Shown here: positions 9,813-19,979 of the stretch, one piece after another
Position numbering within the stretch: position 1 is the first letter of the stretch
Layout of the letters: the number at the start of each line of letters is the position of its first letter
NCBI GenBank assembly: GCA_041180805.1
Contig: JBEGQX010000365.1
Location: forward strand, 28,359 to 92,358
DNA from: Planctomycetota bacterium
Lineage (GTDB): Bacteria > Planctomycetota > Planctomycetia > Gemmatales > Gemmataceae
Direction of reading: 5' to 3'
DNA: 64,000 nt
Program-made: the position numbers and the translations under genes
Notes under the pieces: model-generated
The model's database searches: none
What the model was told of the DNA's origin: nothing
What the model saw: the letters and a program-made list of their open reading frames with translations, nothing else

Positions 9813-10823
9813 ATGAGTCCTAATCGTTACTATGTTGGGTTGGATGTTGGTGGTACTGGGATAAAAGCCAGCATTATCACACAAGATGGCCAGTTGGTTC
9901 AATCCAGCCATGAACCCACCACGCAGGATGCCGGTCCTGATCATGGCTTGAAATTAATGAAACTCACCGTGGAACGCTGCCTTGAAAAGGCAGGAATCCC
10001 ACTTTCAGAGGTAGGGGCTCTTGGCGCCGGGGTACCTGGAATTATTGATTTAAAAAAGGGAATGATTTTAAACGCGGTAAACCTGCGTGGCTGGAAAGAT
10101 GTTGCTGTCAGGGAATATCTTGAAAAAACTTTTGGACTTCCTGTGGCATTTTTAAACGATGCCAATGCAGCGGCGCTTGGCGAAGCTTGGATGGGAGCCG
10201 GAAAAGGCTCCGAAAGCATGGTCTTGCTTACCCTGGGAACAGGCATTGGCGGGGGTATCATTTACCAAGGAAGGGTCATTGAAGGAAAGCATGGTCTTGC
10301 GGGGGAAATTGGACATACTCGTATTGAAATGCGAAGACCAAGGCCCTGTTCATGCGGTCAGTTTGGCTGCCTTGAGGCCTACGCAGGGGCATCCTCTGTA
10401 TTAAAACGAGCCTATGAGGCACTGGCTGAAGACTTCAACCATATCTCCAATCTTCATTCCAAGGCCGATGCGAAAACTCTTAGCTGCAAAGATGTATTCG
10501 ACGCTGCAAGTGATGGTGACCCCCTGGCAGACAGACTTGTGGAGGAAACTGCACTGGCGCTTGCGCTAGGCTTGGTGAATGTGCTTCACTTTTTTGACCC
10601 GGAAAAAATTGTCCTCGGTGGTGGAATGATCGGTGCTGGCGAAGACTTTCTAAACCGCGTGAAATGGTTCGTGGCTGATCAGGCTTTTCCCCAATGCGCA
10701 TCCCGTGAAAGTATTTGCTATGCCACCTTGGGAACGGATGCTGGCATTCTTGGGGCTGCGGTGGCAGCACGACAAATTTGTCAGTCAAGTTTCAGCGGTT
10801 ATTCTTCAACTTCATTTTCTTAA
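9813..10823 (+). CDS. ROK-family glucokinase
   Basis: N-terminal ATP motif [16 protein letters not shown] zinc motif [24 protein letters not shown]. Glycine-rich [10 protein letters not shown]. Confidence 0.8.
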   Translation: MSPNRYYVGLDVGGTGIKASIITQDGQLVQSSHEPTTQDAGPDHGLKLMKLTVERCLEKAGIPLSEVGALGAGVPGIIDLKKGMILNAVNLRGWKDVAVREYLEKTFGLPVAFLNDANAAALGEAWMGAGKGSESMVLLTLGTGIGGGIIYQGRVIEGKHGLAGEIGHTRIEMRRPRPCSCGQFGCLEAYAGASSVLKRAYEALAEDFNHISNLHSKADAKTLSCKDVFDAASDGDPLADRLVEETALALALGLVNVLHFFDPEKIVLGGGMIGAGEDFLNRVKWFVADQAFPQCASRESICYATLGTDAGILGAAVAARQICQSSFSGYSSTSFS

Positions 10824-11628
10824 AATCCCTTGTCTGGCCAGCTATGGCTTCCTCAACCGGCAGTCGCTCCATGGAACTTGCCCCATAGAAGCCATCCACC
10901 TCGGGTACTTTTTCAAGAACAAATTGGGCATCTTCAGGCATGGCAATGGGACCGCCATGGCAAAGCATCAACACTTCAGGCCGAATGGATTTGCAAACCT
11001 TTGCAATCGCAGCCACCTCTTGCGCAGACTGTTCTAATGTCTTGGCTGTCCTTGCACCTATGGCCCCCTTGGTTGTTAGGCCCATATGCGCCACCACTAT
11101 ATCTGCACCCGCTTCCGTCATCCGCCGGGCTTCCTCCACATTAAAAGCATATGGCGTTGTCAGAAGATCCAACTTTCTGGCCGCGGCAACACACTCCACT
11201 TCCAATCCGTAACCCATTCCGGTTTCTTCGAGGTTTTCGCGCATCAAGCCATCAATAAGGCCGACTGTTGGGAAATTTTGAATTCCCGCAAACCCCATCT
11301 CCTTGAGTTCCCTCAGAAAAAGGTCCCTAAGCATAAACGGGTCTGTGGCGCAAACTCCCGCAAGCACAGGTGTATGCTTTACCGCGGTAAGAACCTCGTA
11401 GGCCATTTCTTTCACAATCTGATTGGCATTTCCAAATGGAAGCATCCCGGCAAGCGATCCCCTACCTGCCATGCGAAAGCGACCAGAATTGTAAATGACA
11501 ATAAGATCTATTCCCCCTGCCTCTTCGCATTTAGCGCTAATTCCAGTTCCTGCGCCACCACCAACAATTGGAATACCCTTGGCAACTTGGGAACGAAGTT
11601 TTTCCAAAATTTCAGTTCTAACAGACAT
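10792..11628 (-). CDS. TIM-barrel phosphoenolpyruvate-hydrolase-like family protein
   Basis: 278 aa. The pattern [35 protein letters not shown]...HGGPI is typical of the TIM-barrel partner of UPF0261/Tm-1-like proteins. Its 3' end overlaps the ROK gene convergently by 32 nt. Confidence 0.6.
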   Translation of the reverse strand: MSVRTEILEKLRSQVAKGIPIVGGGAGTGISAKCEEAGGIDLIVIYNSGRFRMAGRGSLAGMLPFGNANQIVKEMAYEVLTAVKHTPVLAGVCATDPFMLRDLFLRELKEMGFAGIQNFPTVGLIDGLMRENLEETGMGYGLEVECVAAARKLDLLTTPYAFNVEEARRMTEAGADIVVAHMGLTTKGAIGARTAKTLEQSAQEVAAIAKVCKSIRPEVLMLCHGGPIAMPEDAQFVLEKVPEVDGFYGASSMERLPVEEAIAGQTRDFKKMKLKNNR

Positions 11629-11647
11629 GCCCCTTACCCCCTCTTGG

Positions 11648-12511
11648 TCAGGTTTTATTCATAACTGCTGGTATAGCCGGATTGCGCTGGATTGCGACTT
11701 TTTCTGCGTAAGTCAAAAGCATGGGCAAAAAGAAAATGGTAAAGACCCCGCAATATACCGCCCCAAGCCCAAAAGCATGAGGCCATTGAAAATCATAGAG
11801 AAGCCACAGACATAAAAACCATGCCACGAAATGAAGTATATGCAGCAAAATTCCCATGAATACTGTGCCGGGCCTGCTAATTACCAACGCACCTAGTCCA
11901 CCCTCAATCATCTGGCGGTTTCTGTCATCCCGATAAATTAGGGACTCGCCAATTCTGCGAACAAAATTACCTTTCGCATCTCTTTCTGGTTTGAACACAA
12001 TTTTCTTTCCGTCCTCTTCCACTTCCACTTCAAGCGGGGTCGATGGCAAAGGCATATTTGTCTTGGAGCGATATTCCAGCTTGGTACCAGGCTGCTTGGT
12101 GAAAACTTCTTTTTTACCATCAGGCCTGGTAATCGTTAGAGATGGATAAGGTGCGCCTTCCTCGGGTTTCAGGCTCCCCTTTTTATTTTCAGGTGTGTAA
12201 GACTGGAGTTCATGCAGGGGTCTGTAAAGACCTGGTGATGAGTAATCGAACCAAACCCAAATGGTTAGGGCGGTGGTAACCCCCAACCCAACGCATGGGG
12301 CTTTCCAAAGCCATCCGGTGGTAGGCTCGCTGTAAATAGCCCCTTGCAGAAAGTGACAAAAGCCCGCCGAAATCACCACAACCACAAACCATAAAACCAA
12401 AATCGCGAAAATCAGGCCCAACATGGTTACGCCCCCTGAATCAAGGTACAGCCTAGTTGAATCGCCATGGTCACAAGAGTGAAAGAGCAAATCAAATGCA
12501 TTTTTTGGCAA
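11648..12511 (-). CDS. Integral membrane hypothetical protein
   Basis: 287-aa ORF with hydrophobic helices at both ends and a soluble middle. Lies 19 nt upstream of, and co-directional with, the TIM-barrel gene. Confidence 0.5.
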   Translation of the reverse strand: MPKNAFDLLFHSCDHGDSTRLYLDSGGVTMLGLIFAILVLWFVVVVISAGFCHFLQGAIYSEPTTGWLWKAPCVGLGVTTALTIWVWFDYSSPGLYRPLHELQSYTPENKKGSLKPEEGAPYPSLTITRPDGKKEVFTKQPGTKLEYRSKTNMPLPSTPLEVEVEEDGKKIVFKPERDAKGNFVRRIGESLIYRDDRNRQMIEGGLGALVISRPGTVFMGILLHILHFVAWFLCLWLLYDFQWPHAFGLGAVYCGVFTIFFLPMLLTYAEKVAIQRNPAIPAVMNKT

Positions 12512-12671
12512 TTAAAGTGATTTGGATAAAACTTTGCCTAAATGAAACCCGTAAGGTACCTGGTTGGTGGAATCAACCCAATTTGACACGCTCTTGAAAC
12601 CTGTCTTGTAGATTTTTCAAGCATTGTTATAATTCGGCCGCCTTGGAAAAGGCATTATCCAATTGCATGCC

Positions 12672-14129
12672 ATGGAGGGCAAAGCAGTGACTTCTTTCAT
12701 CCTTTTCAGTGCATTACTTATACAAAGCCAATCCAAGCCTGCCACCACAGACAAAGAACCTGTTCAAGCAAGCAATTTATCTTTTCGTTTACAGCAAGGC
12801 CAGGAACTGGTTTACCGTGGATTATTCATGGAAGAGGCAAACTCCAGCAGGGTGCAATTTCAACGGTCATACCGGGTGGAATGCAGGGCCCTTTCTTTGG
12901 GGTCTGATGATAACTCCTTGGAGGTGGCTACTCTTACAACATTAAAACAGCGCGCAAACCCGACAGCTTCTCCAACAGTAAGCTCCGAACCCCCTGCTAC
13001 GCATGTCCGGTTGGAAATACTTAAGTGCTCCAACCGAGGCCGCTGGCAACCCCAGGCAAACCAGGGACTGATGCCTCTTTCCGGCCCTCCCACCATGGAA
13101 AATGGCTTTATGGTGGAGATTCCAAAAAACCGGCTGACGGAAAAAGACACATGGGAAACTTCCGAGGATGGCCGGCCTGTTCGAACCTGGTCGGTCGCCG
13201 GATGGGAAACCCTTCAAGGGGTGCGCTGCTTGAAACTTGTGGGCATTCAACAAACTGAAGATTGGGAAAAACCCCGCGCAGACAGTAACGCCTGGAAACG
13301 AACCGACACCGTGTTTTTTAATCCTCAATCTGGAATCCCACAGAGATTTGAAAGGATGATTGAGACCAAAGATCCCGCGCACAGCACACCATCCCAGAAA
13401 AGCACGCTGCGTTGTGAACTTGAAACAAGCCTTTTCTATCCGGGTCAGTTGTTTGAGGATCGCAAAAAGGAAATAACCCTCGCCAAAAATTACCGCGATG
13501 GCATTAATCCCTACATGGAAGATGCCAGCCGTTATGCGAAGGATTTATCAGCAATCGGCAAAAGAATCGAAACTCAGATGGAATTACAAACACCGACCCC
13601 CTATCGCGAATCCATTTTCCAAACCAAGAAAATGGTGGAGATGGCCATCAAGGGGGAAACCCAGGATCGTGTTATTGTTCCGGTATCCACCAAAGGCCTG
13701 AAAGTGGCATCCATCGGAACCATGGCACCTGACTTTGTCGCACAGGACTTCATGAAGCTAGAATCCGTGCGTTTAAACCGCCTTCATGGAAAACCTGTTC
13801 TTATGGTTTTCTTTAATCCAAAATCACCCCTGGTGGATGAAGTCCTCGCATATACACAGGGAATCCAGAATGGATTTGGAAACCAGATTACTGTACTTGG
13901 AATGTCTGTGGTTGAAGACCAGGCAAAGGTGAAAAAGCTGATGGAAGCCGGCAAGTACAAATTTACGGTGCTGGACGGCAGCGGTCTCAGGACCAGTTAC
14001 GATCTGGAAGCAACTCCCAAAGTGGTACTGCTGGATTCCGAAGGGATTGTGAAGCTTTCATGCCTTGGATGGGGTCAGGAAACACAGCAAGAGATCATCC
14101 GGGAGATAAGAAAGGTTTTTCAGGAATAA
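12672..14129 (+). CDS. Secreted protein with a C-terminal thioredoxin-fold (TlpA/AhpC-TSA-like) domain lacking CxxC
   Basis: ATG at 12672 (the track ORF starts at a TTG at 12663). Signal peptide present. The C-terminal ~130 aa follow the TlpA layout (APDFVAQDF...GKPVLMVFFNPKSPLVDEVL...ATPKVVLLDSEG). The redox motif position reads S-P-L-V instead of C-x-x-C. Confidence 0.55.
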   Translation: MEGKAVTSFILFSALLIQSQSKPATTDKEPVQASNLSFRLQQGQELVYRGLFMEEANSSRVQFQRSYRVECRALSLGSDDNSLEVATLTTLKQRANPTASPTVSSEPPATHVRLEILKCSNRGRWQPQANQGLMPLSGPPTMENGFMVEIPKNRLTEKDTWETSEDGRPVRTWSVAGWETLQGVRCLKLVGIQQTEDWEKPRADSNAWKRTDTVFFNPQSGIPQRFERMIETKDPAHSTPSQKSTLRCELETSLFYPGQLFEDRKKEITLAKNYRDGINPYMEDASRYAKDLSAIGKRIETQMELQTPTPYRESIFQTKKMVEMAIKGETQDRVIVPVSTKGLKVASIGTMAPDFVAQDFMKLESVRLNRLHGKPVLMVFFNPKSPLVDEVLAYTQGIQNGFGNQITVLGMSVVEDQAKVKKLMEAGKYKFTVLDGSGLRTSYDLEATPKVVLLDSEGIVKLSCLGWGQETQQEIIREIRKVFQE

Positions 14130-14258
14130 ATGATCCGAACCGAAAATCTTGTGCAGGAGTAAAAAACAAGGTTTTTTGATTGGAAACACAAGCCACTTTT
14201 AAAAAGTTCACTTGAGAACCGGGTTCAATTGCCGATACGATAATGAGGTATTGTAGCA

Positions 14259-14747
14259 ATGGTAGAATTTGAAATTCAGGCATCTACCAGGCAATGCGCG
14301 ATCTCCGGAAAAGAATTAAAACCGGGTGATTGGGTTTGGAGCGTCCTTACCGACGAGGAAGGACGGATGGTTCGTAAGGATTATTCCGTCGATACATGGC
14401 AAGGGCCACCTGTAGGGGCGTTTTCCTTCTGGAAGTTTCAGATACGGGAAAAAGCCTCTTCAAAAGAAACCCAAAAACTTGATGAAAGTCAGTTGCAAGA
14501 TTGGTTTGAAAGGCTTGAAGGCCAGGAAGAAGCAAAACAGCAAAATATTCGCTATCTTCTTGGATTAATGCTGCTGAGAAAAAAGAAATTGAAGCTTCTT
14601 AAGACGGAAGACCTTGGCGACATGGAAAAAGTTGTTCTTCGTTGCCCAAAGACAGGGGTGGATCACGAAGTTCTTCACCCCAAAATTTCGGAAAGTCAGG
14701 CGTTTCAACTTCAGGATGAAGTAAACTCGCTTTTGGGTTGGGAATAA
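14259..14747 (+). CDS. Hypothetical protein
   Basis: 162-aa ORF with no motif recognised. The next lipoprotein gene starts 19 nt downstream. Confidence 0.45.
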   Translation: MVEFEIQASTRQCAISGKELKPGDWVWSVLTDEEGRMVRKDYSVDTWQGPPVGAFSFWKFQIREKASSKETQKLDESQLQDWFERLEGQEEAKQQNIRYLLGLMLLRKKKLKLLKTEDLGDMEKVVLRCPKTGVDHEVLHPKISESQAFQLQDEVNSLLGWE

Positions 14748-14766
14748 ACCAGCAATTGGAAACACC

Positions 14767-15666
14767 ATGAACATCAAGACCCTGACTTTTGGAATGCTGG
14801 CTTTCTGTTGCACCATGGGTTGCAATAGCTGGCCAGGTCTCCGGGACAGGGACCAAAACAGGCTTCCAACAGAAAATCCAACCGCGCAACAATTAGTAAC
14901 CTTCCTGAATACCAACTCTCAAAAAGTTCAGGCAGTTCAATGCAATCAAGTATCCATCGATGCGAAGCAGGGCAACCAGACTGCTCCGGGTCTTGATGGT
15001 TTAATGGTTTGTCAAAAGCCCAGAAATTTCCGACTTAAGGCAAAGGTTGTTGGCCAACCCGCAGTGGACCTTGGTTCCAACCAGCAGGAATTCTGGTACT
15101 GGATTAGCAAAATTGAACCGGTCCCCTACGTGTTCCATTGCAACTACGAGGATTTGGACAGGGGCAATGTCCGCCTGCCTTTTCCTTTTCATCCGGATAT
15201 GATCATCTCCGCATTGGGAATGGGTGATTATGACCTTGCCAAGCAGTACGAGATAAAAAATACCCAGCAATCCATCGAACTTGTAGAACCCATGACTTAT
15301 TACCAGGGCAGACCGGTGAAAAAATCGACTGTGTTTGCCAGAAAAATGACCAACGGCCAGCCGAAAGTCATAGGGCACATTCTTCGGGATGCTCAAGGCA
15401 AGGAAATTTGCAACGCTTCTATTTACGAGGTTCAGCAGAACCGCGATACCGGTGCCATTCTTCCGCAACGCATGAAAATCAGTTGGCCCGAAGATCGCAT
15501 TGAAATGATGTTAAGATTTTCCGATATGCAGGTAACAAACATTACCCCGGATAGGGCTGAAAGGTTATTCACAAGAAATGACCTTACAAATTTGCCAGGT
15601 TTTGATCTTGCCCGCTGGTCACCCGATGCAACTCCTATCCAGCGAACACGAGGTTTGGAACCTTAA
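14767..15666 (+). CDS. Putative lipoprotein
   Basis: 299 aa. Signal peptide with lipobox-like CCTMGC (MNIKTLTFGMLAFCCTMGCNS). Confidence 0.5.
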   Translation: MNIKTLTFGMLAFCCTMGCNSWPGLRDRDQNRLPTENPTAQQLVTFLNTNSQKVQAVQCNQVSIDAKQGNQTAPGLDGLMVCQKPRNFRLKAKVVGQPAVDLGSNQQEFWYWISKIEPVPYVFHCNYEDLDRGNVRLPFPFHPDMIISALGMGDYDLAKQYEIKNTQQSIELVEPMTYYQGRPVKKSTVFARKMTNGQPKVIGHILRDAQGKEICNASIYEVQQNRDTGAILPQRMKISWPEDRIEMMLRFSDMQVTNITPDRAERLFTRNDLTNLPGFDLARWSPDATPIQRTRGLEP

Positions 15667-16212
15667 TCAGGTTTCAAGCATACCCTTGAGATTTTTTTTG
15701 CCCCGGCTTAGCAACGAACCTATGGAGTTAATGGAAAGTTGAAGGTTTTTGGCCATTTCCTTATGGGTCAATCCAAGCACATATTTCATTTCCAAAGCTG
15801 CCTGCTGATCTTTTGAAAGCTTACCGATTTCGTCACGAAGAACCTCGTCAGGAACAGATTCGGTTAAGGCCGATTTAAAATCCGTGTTGTAACCTGGGGT
15901 CAAAAGTTTTTTGCGCTTTTGGATTTCTTCCCTGGCTTTCCTTTGAGCCACCACACATAAATAGGTGGAAAGTTTGCTTTGAGCCTTATACCTGCGCAGC
16001 AAAGCCATCTTGTTACGCAGTATTTCCAGATAAACCTCAGAACAAATATCCTCCGTGTCCTGAGGCCTTAGATTAAATCGCAAGCGGAACGCAACCTGGT
16101 GTATCACATGCCAGAAAAGCTGGGTATGGTCATCCACCAATTGATTCCACGAACCCGGATTACCCTCCAGGCAGCTTTCCACCAAATTCTGATCCGAAAT
16201 ATAGGACGGCAT
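15667..16212 (-). CDS. ECF-type RNA polymerase sigma-70 family factor
   Basis: Region 2 (EDICSEVYLEILR) and region 4 helix-turn-helix (LGLTHKEMAKNLQLSINSIGSLLSRGKKNLK) are present. The ATG at 16212 (MPSYIS...) is preferred over the track start at 16257. The stop directly abuts the stop of the convergent lipoprotein gene. Confidence 0.8.
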   Translation of the reverse strand: MPSYISDQNLVESCLEGNPGSWNQLVDDHTQLFWHVIHQVAFRLRFNLRPQDTEDICSEVYLEILRNKMALLRRYKAQSKLSTYLCVVAQRKAREEIQKRKKLLTPGYNTDFKSALTESVPDEVLRDEIGKLSKDQQAALEMKYVLGLTHKEMAKNLQLSINSIGSLLSRGKKNLKGMLET

Positions 16213-16360
16213 TCGAAAGGAAATTTTCCTTTTCTTCCCGGTGGATTGCAAACACAATAAACTATCAGGATATATCCTAATGGATAAGTAATCGGCAAGT
16301 CACTACCAACCGTATTTGCCATTCTACTTATGGGAACACGATTTTTGAAAAAGAGGAATT

Positions 16361-17605
16361 ATGAGTAACAAAGAAGCCTCGGATCCATGGTTTCAGTCAC
16401 TTTTCGCAGACCGAATCGGAGGAGCCAACTATGGCAAATCTAACAAGATATATAAATTTGAGAAGATCAAGAGGGCAAAACGGGCGGCCCTTGCCGCTCA
16501 TCCTGAAAGAAAGCTGTTAGATTTTGGCATTGGTGAAAATGATGACATGGCAGCCCCGCTGGTGCGTGAATCCCTAAAGCGCGAAGTGGATAAGGTGGAA
16601 AATCGTGGCTACGCCGACAATGGTATAGCTGCTTACAAGGAAGCCGCTGCAGAGTTCATGCAAAAAGTTTTCGGGGTTACTCTGGATCCTGCCACTGAAA
16701 TCAATCATTGCATTGGTTCAAAACCAGCTTACGCCATGTTGCCAGCGGTATTCATTAACCCCGGCGATATCACTCTGATGACAGTTCCTGGCTATCCGGT
16801 GGCCGGAACCCATACCGAATATTATGGAGGCAAGGTTCATCGGTTACCTTTGCTGCAAGAAAATAACTTTTACCCGGACTTGGACAATATTCCCAAAGAT
16901 GTATGCGAAAAAGCCAAGTTGCTGGTAATCAATTATCCAAACAGTCCCACAGGCCAGACTGCCACCAAGGATTTCTACAAGCGAGTTATCGATTTCGCAC
17001 ATAAGAACAAAATCGTAGTGGTGCAAGATGCTGCCCATATGCTGCTTAGTTACGATGGACCGCCGCTCAGTTTCTTACAGGTCGATGGCGCTCGTGAAGT
17101 GGGTGTTGAAGTGCATTCCATGTCCAAGGGATTCAACATGATTGGTTGGCGCCTTGGTTTTGTAGCAGGGCATCCGAAAATTGTTCAAGCATATGCGGAT
17201 GTTAAGGACAATTGTGATTCTGGTCAGTTTATGGCCATTCAGCAAGCCGCTGCCGAAGCGTTAAGGCACCCGGAAATTGGGGATCAAGTTCGCGAAAAAT
17301 ACCGCAGAAGGCTTAAAAAATTGGTGGATGCCCTTAACCAGGTAGGTTTCAAGGCTGCCATGCCCAAGGGAACTTACTTCCTTTATACAAAGGCACCAAA
17401 AGGCTGCACCGGACAAACCTTTGCAAATGCGGAAGAAGCATCCCAATTTCTTATCACGGAACAATCGGTGTGCTGCGTTCCATGGGATGACGCGGGAGCG
17501 TTTCTCAGATTTTCCGTCACCTATATCGCAAAGGATGAAGCGGAAGAAGATGCCCTGATGAAAGAAACGGTGGATCGGCTGGGAAAATTGAAACTTCAGT
17601 TTTAA
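16361..17605 (+). CDS. dapL: Class I/II aminotransferase, probable LL-diaminopimelate aminotransferase
   Basis: 414 aa. The N-terminus (FADRIGGANYGKSNKIYKFEKIKRAK...LDFGIGEND) resembles the DapL family. PLP-lysine motif SMSKGFNMIGWRLGF. Confidence 0.65.
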   Translation: MSNKEASDPWFQSLFADRIGGANYGKSNKIYKFEKIKRAKRAALAAHPERKLLDFGIGENDDMAAPLVRESLKREVDKVENRGYADNGIAAYKEAAAEFMQKVFGVTLDPATEINHCIGSKPAYAMLPAVFINPGDITLMTVPGYPVAGTHTEYYGGKVHRLPLLQENNFYPDLDNIPKDVCEKAKLLVINYPNSPTGQTATKDFYKRVIDFAHKNKIVVVQDAAHMLLSYDGPPLSFLQVDGAREVGVEVHSMSKGFNMIGWRLGFVAGHPKIVQAYADVKDNCDSGQFMAIQQAAAEALRHPEIGDQVREKYRRRLKKLVDALNQVGFKAAMPKGTYFLYTKAPKGCTGQTFANAEEASQFLITEQSVCCVPWDDAGAFLRFSVTYIAKDEAEEDALMKETVDRLGKLKLQF

Positions 17606-17650
17606 TAAAAAAAGAGCCGGGCCCGATTAAAGGCCCGGCTCTAATAGTTT
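17606..17650. terminator. Bidirectional intrinsic terminator between convergent genes
   Basis: 11-bp perfect stem AGAGCCGGGCC (17613-17623) / GGCCCGGCTCT (17632-17642) with an 8-nt loop. An A-run lies upstream (a T-run for the minus-strand gene) and AATAGTTTT lies downstream. Confidence 0.65.
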
Positions 17651-17660
17651 TGGCTTCCGA

Positions 17661-18422
17661 TTATTTGAGCAGATCCTTAATTACGCTTTCCACGGCATTA
17701 GCCCAGATCTCGTATCCCTTTTCGCTAAGGTGCAATTGATCAGGCATAATATCCTTTGGAATGGCGCCATTTCCATCAAGGAATTTGCCACCAATATCCA
17801 GGAACTTCACGCTTTTGCCACCATCATCAAGCTTTGCAATCATCTTGTTAATGTTGTCAATTTTATCTTTCTGGGTCTTGCGGGCAGTTTCATCTTTTGC
17901 GGTATTTCGGGGAAACACGGCCAAAAGAAGAATCTTGGTCTTGGGTGAGCGCTTTTTTACCTCGGCAACAATTGCCTTGATACCATCTGCGATCTCCTCG
18001 GAGGTGTTGTCCATGTTGTTGGAATTATTCGTACCGATCATCAACTGCAAAACCTTGGGCTGAATTCCATCCAATTCCCCGTTCTGCAACCTCCAGAGAA
18101 CATGCTGGGTACGATCCCCGCCAATTCCGAAATTGGCAGCTTTCAAAGGCACAAACTTGGAAGCAAAAAGCTTGCTGCCAGAGGCTTTATCACTGTGGCC
18201 TTCACCTCCCCAGGCATCGGTAATGGAATCTCCCAGGAACAGAAGATCCACATTGCCACGTTTTGCGATCTGCACAAATGTGTCATGGCGCTTTTCCCAA
18301 TTCTTATCCCTTGGAGCGGGCTTGGTGGCGGTATTCTCCTTGCTTTGCGCATTCGCGAAAGAGACCAATCCAAAAAGGATTACAGCCAGGGTCATGGATC
18401 CGGCAAATTTTCCACGCATCAT
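17661..18422 (-). CDS. Secreted SGNH/GDSL-family hydrolase
   Basis: Signal peptide, block I FLGDSITD, block III GTNN, and a C-terminal D-x-x-H region (PDQLHLSEKG). Confidence 0.75.
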   Translation of the reverse strand: MMRGKFAGSMTLAVILFGLVSFANAQSKENTATKPAPRDKNWEKRHDTFVQIAKRGNVDLLFLGDSITDAWGGEGHSDKASGSKLFASKFVPLKAANFGIGGDRTQHVLWRLQNGELDGIQPKVLQLMIGTNNSNNMDNTSEEIADGIKAIVAEVKKRSPKTKILLLAVFPRNTAKDETARKTQKDKIDNINKMIAKLDDGGKSVKFLDIGGKFLDGNGAIPKDIMPDQLHLSEKGYEIWANAVESVIKDLLK

Positions 18423-18575
18423 GATTCTCCTTTCAAAAATTGATTACCAAGGCGTGAGAAGACATCATGGCTTGGAACCTCACACCAGTCAAACTTTTTG
18501 AAGATTCGATCCGGGTTTTTGCCAATCCGCTCGACCCCAAAAACTAACTTGGGTAAACTTGTTGAAGGTGAAACC

Positions 18576-19961
18576 ATGCTGATGTTCCAAGCAGGACAAC
18601 AACTGAATCGCAGATTATTCATGGCCCTTGGAATACCCATGGCAGGGCTTACAGGGAATCTCCATGGATTCGTCCCCACAAAGCCGGCCAAGGCAAAATC
18701 CGTCATTGTGCTCTTCTGTGGTGGAGGGCAAAGCCAGTTGGAAATGTGGGATCCAAAGCCAGATGCCCCAGCCGAGGTTCGTGGTGCTTTTTCAACCATT
18801 AACACAAAAACTCCGGGGCTTCGTTTTGGCGAACATATGCCTCAAATTGCCAGGCAGTCGCATCGATTTACTGTGCTTCGAAGCGTGAGCCACGATGATA
18901 CCGACCATGGTTCGGCCTGCTATTTAAGCCTTACCGGCCTCTTTCATGTTCAAAAATCAGCAAATCCGCCCCCAAAGCCTGATGACCCTCCAACGCTTGC
19001 CAGTATTTTTCGCAGGTTAAAACCCGAGGCACCCTTTGGATTCCCATCCGTGCATCTTAACGGGCCTCTGCTTGTTCCGGAACTTCCAAGCCCGGGGCAA
19101 AGTTCAGGATATTTGGGCAGGGTGATGGAACCCCTGGAGGTCGATCCCGAATTTCCCGAACGTTCACTGCCAGCTTTGGAAACCCGGGATGAACTGCCCG
19201 TTGTTCGCCTGCAAAAAAGACAATTACTTAGGGATGCCCTTGAACAGCACCAAAAAACTTGGGAGAAAACTCCCGGCCTTCTCGATTACGACCAGCGCTA
19301 CAGACAAGCCTATCAACTCATCAGTAATCCCATCGCCCGCTCCGCATTTGATTTATCTTCCGAACCAGAATCTGTGCGAAACAGGTATGGCAGAAATCGC
19401 TCGGGTCAGTCTTGCCTTCTCGCCCGCAGGCTTGTTGAAAAGGGTATTCCCTGGATCACGGTATTTTGGAATGGCAACATAAGGGGCCAGGACAAGGAAC
19501 CAGATTTAACCGATCAATATGGATGGGACACTCATAACGATATTTTTGAAGCCATGAAGGATCGGCTTTTGCCTCGCTTTGACCAGAGTTTCTCCGCACT
19601 AATTGAAGACCTTGACCAGCGCGGCCTTCTTGCAACAACGCTGGTAGTGTGCATGGGGGAATTTGGCAGGGCCCCCCTGGTTGCATTAGAACCACGCTTT
19701 GCCGGAGCCACCCCCGGAAGAAAGCATTGGGCTGCCGCTTATTCAGTGGTATTTGCCGGAGCAGGAGTCCAAAAAGGTGCCATACTCGGGGCAACTGATG
19801 CAAAGGGGGCTTACCCAACATTGGATCGAGTTTCCCCCATGGATATTCATGCAACCATTTTTGATGCCCTTGGAGTCGATCCATCAGGGGACTATCATGA
19901 TTTATTGAACCGGTCATCCCCCATTAGCAGGGGAAGGGTAATCAGTCGTCTTTATTCCTGA
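18576..19961 (+). CDS. DUF1501 domain protein (sulfatase-fold, Tat signal)
   Basis: ATG at 18576 follows GAAGGTG. Twin-arginine-like LNRRLFMALG. Family motifs GGQSQLEMWDPKPDAP and GEFGRAP...HW. Confidence 0.8.
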   Translation: MLMFQAGQQLNRRLFMALGIPMAGLTGNLHGFVPTKPAKAKSVIVLFCGGGQSQLEMWDPKPDAPAEVRGAFSTINTKTPGLRFGEHMPQIARQSHRFTVLRSVSHDDTDHGSACYLSLTGLFHVQKSANPPPKPDDPPTLASIFRRLKPEAPFGFPSVHLNGPLLVPELPSPGQSSGYLGRVMEPLEVDPEFPERSLPALETRDELPVVRLQKRQLLRDALEQHQKTWEKTPGLLDYDQRYRQAYQLISNPIARSAFDLSSEPESVRNRYGRNRSGQSCLLARRLVEKGIPWITVFWNGNIRGQDKEPDLTDQYGWDTHNDIFEAMKDRLLPRFDQSFSALIEDLDQRGLLATTLVVCMGEFGRAPLVALEPRFAGATPGRKHWAAAYSVVFAGAGVQKGAILGATDAKGAYPTLDRVSPMDIHATIFDALGVDPSGDYHDLLNRSSPISRGRVISRLYS

Positions 19962-19979
19962 TCTTTCAGGGCAAAAACT

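Noticed and set aside
10792-10823. Convergent 3' overlaps (ROK/TIM-barrel 32 nt; GT4/methyltransferase 43 nt at 44529-44571; DUF1501/propeller 8 nt at 32458-32465) as antisense regulatory modules
   Set aside because: Short convergent overlaps are common in compact genomes, and the overlapping tails are non-conserved-looking C-termini. There is no structural element to support a specific mechanism.
14155-14185. A/T-only hairpin AAAAAAC-AAG-GTTTTTT after the 12672-14129 gene as a terminator
   Set aside because: The stem consists almost entirely of A-U pairs with a 3-nt loop. It is too weak to call.
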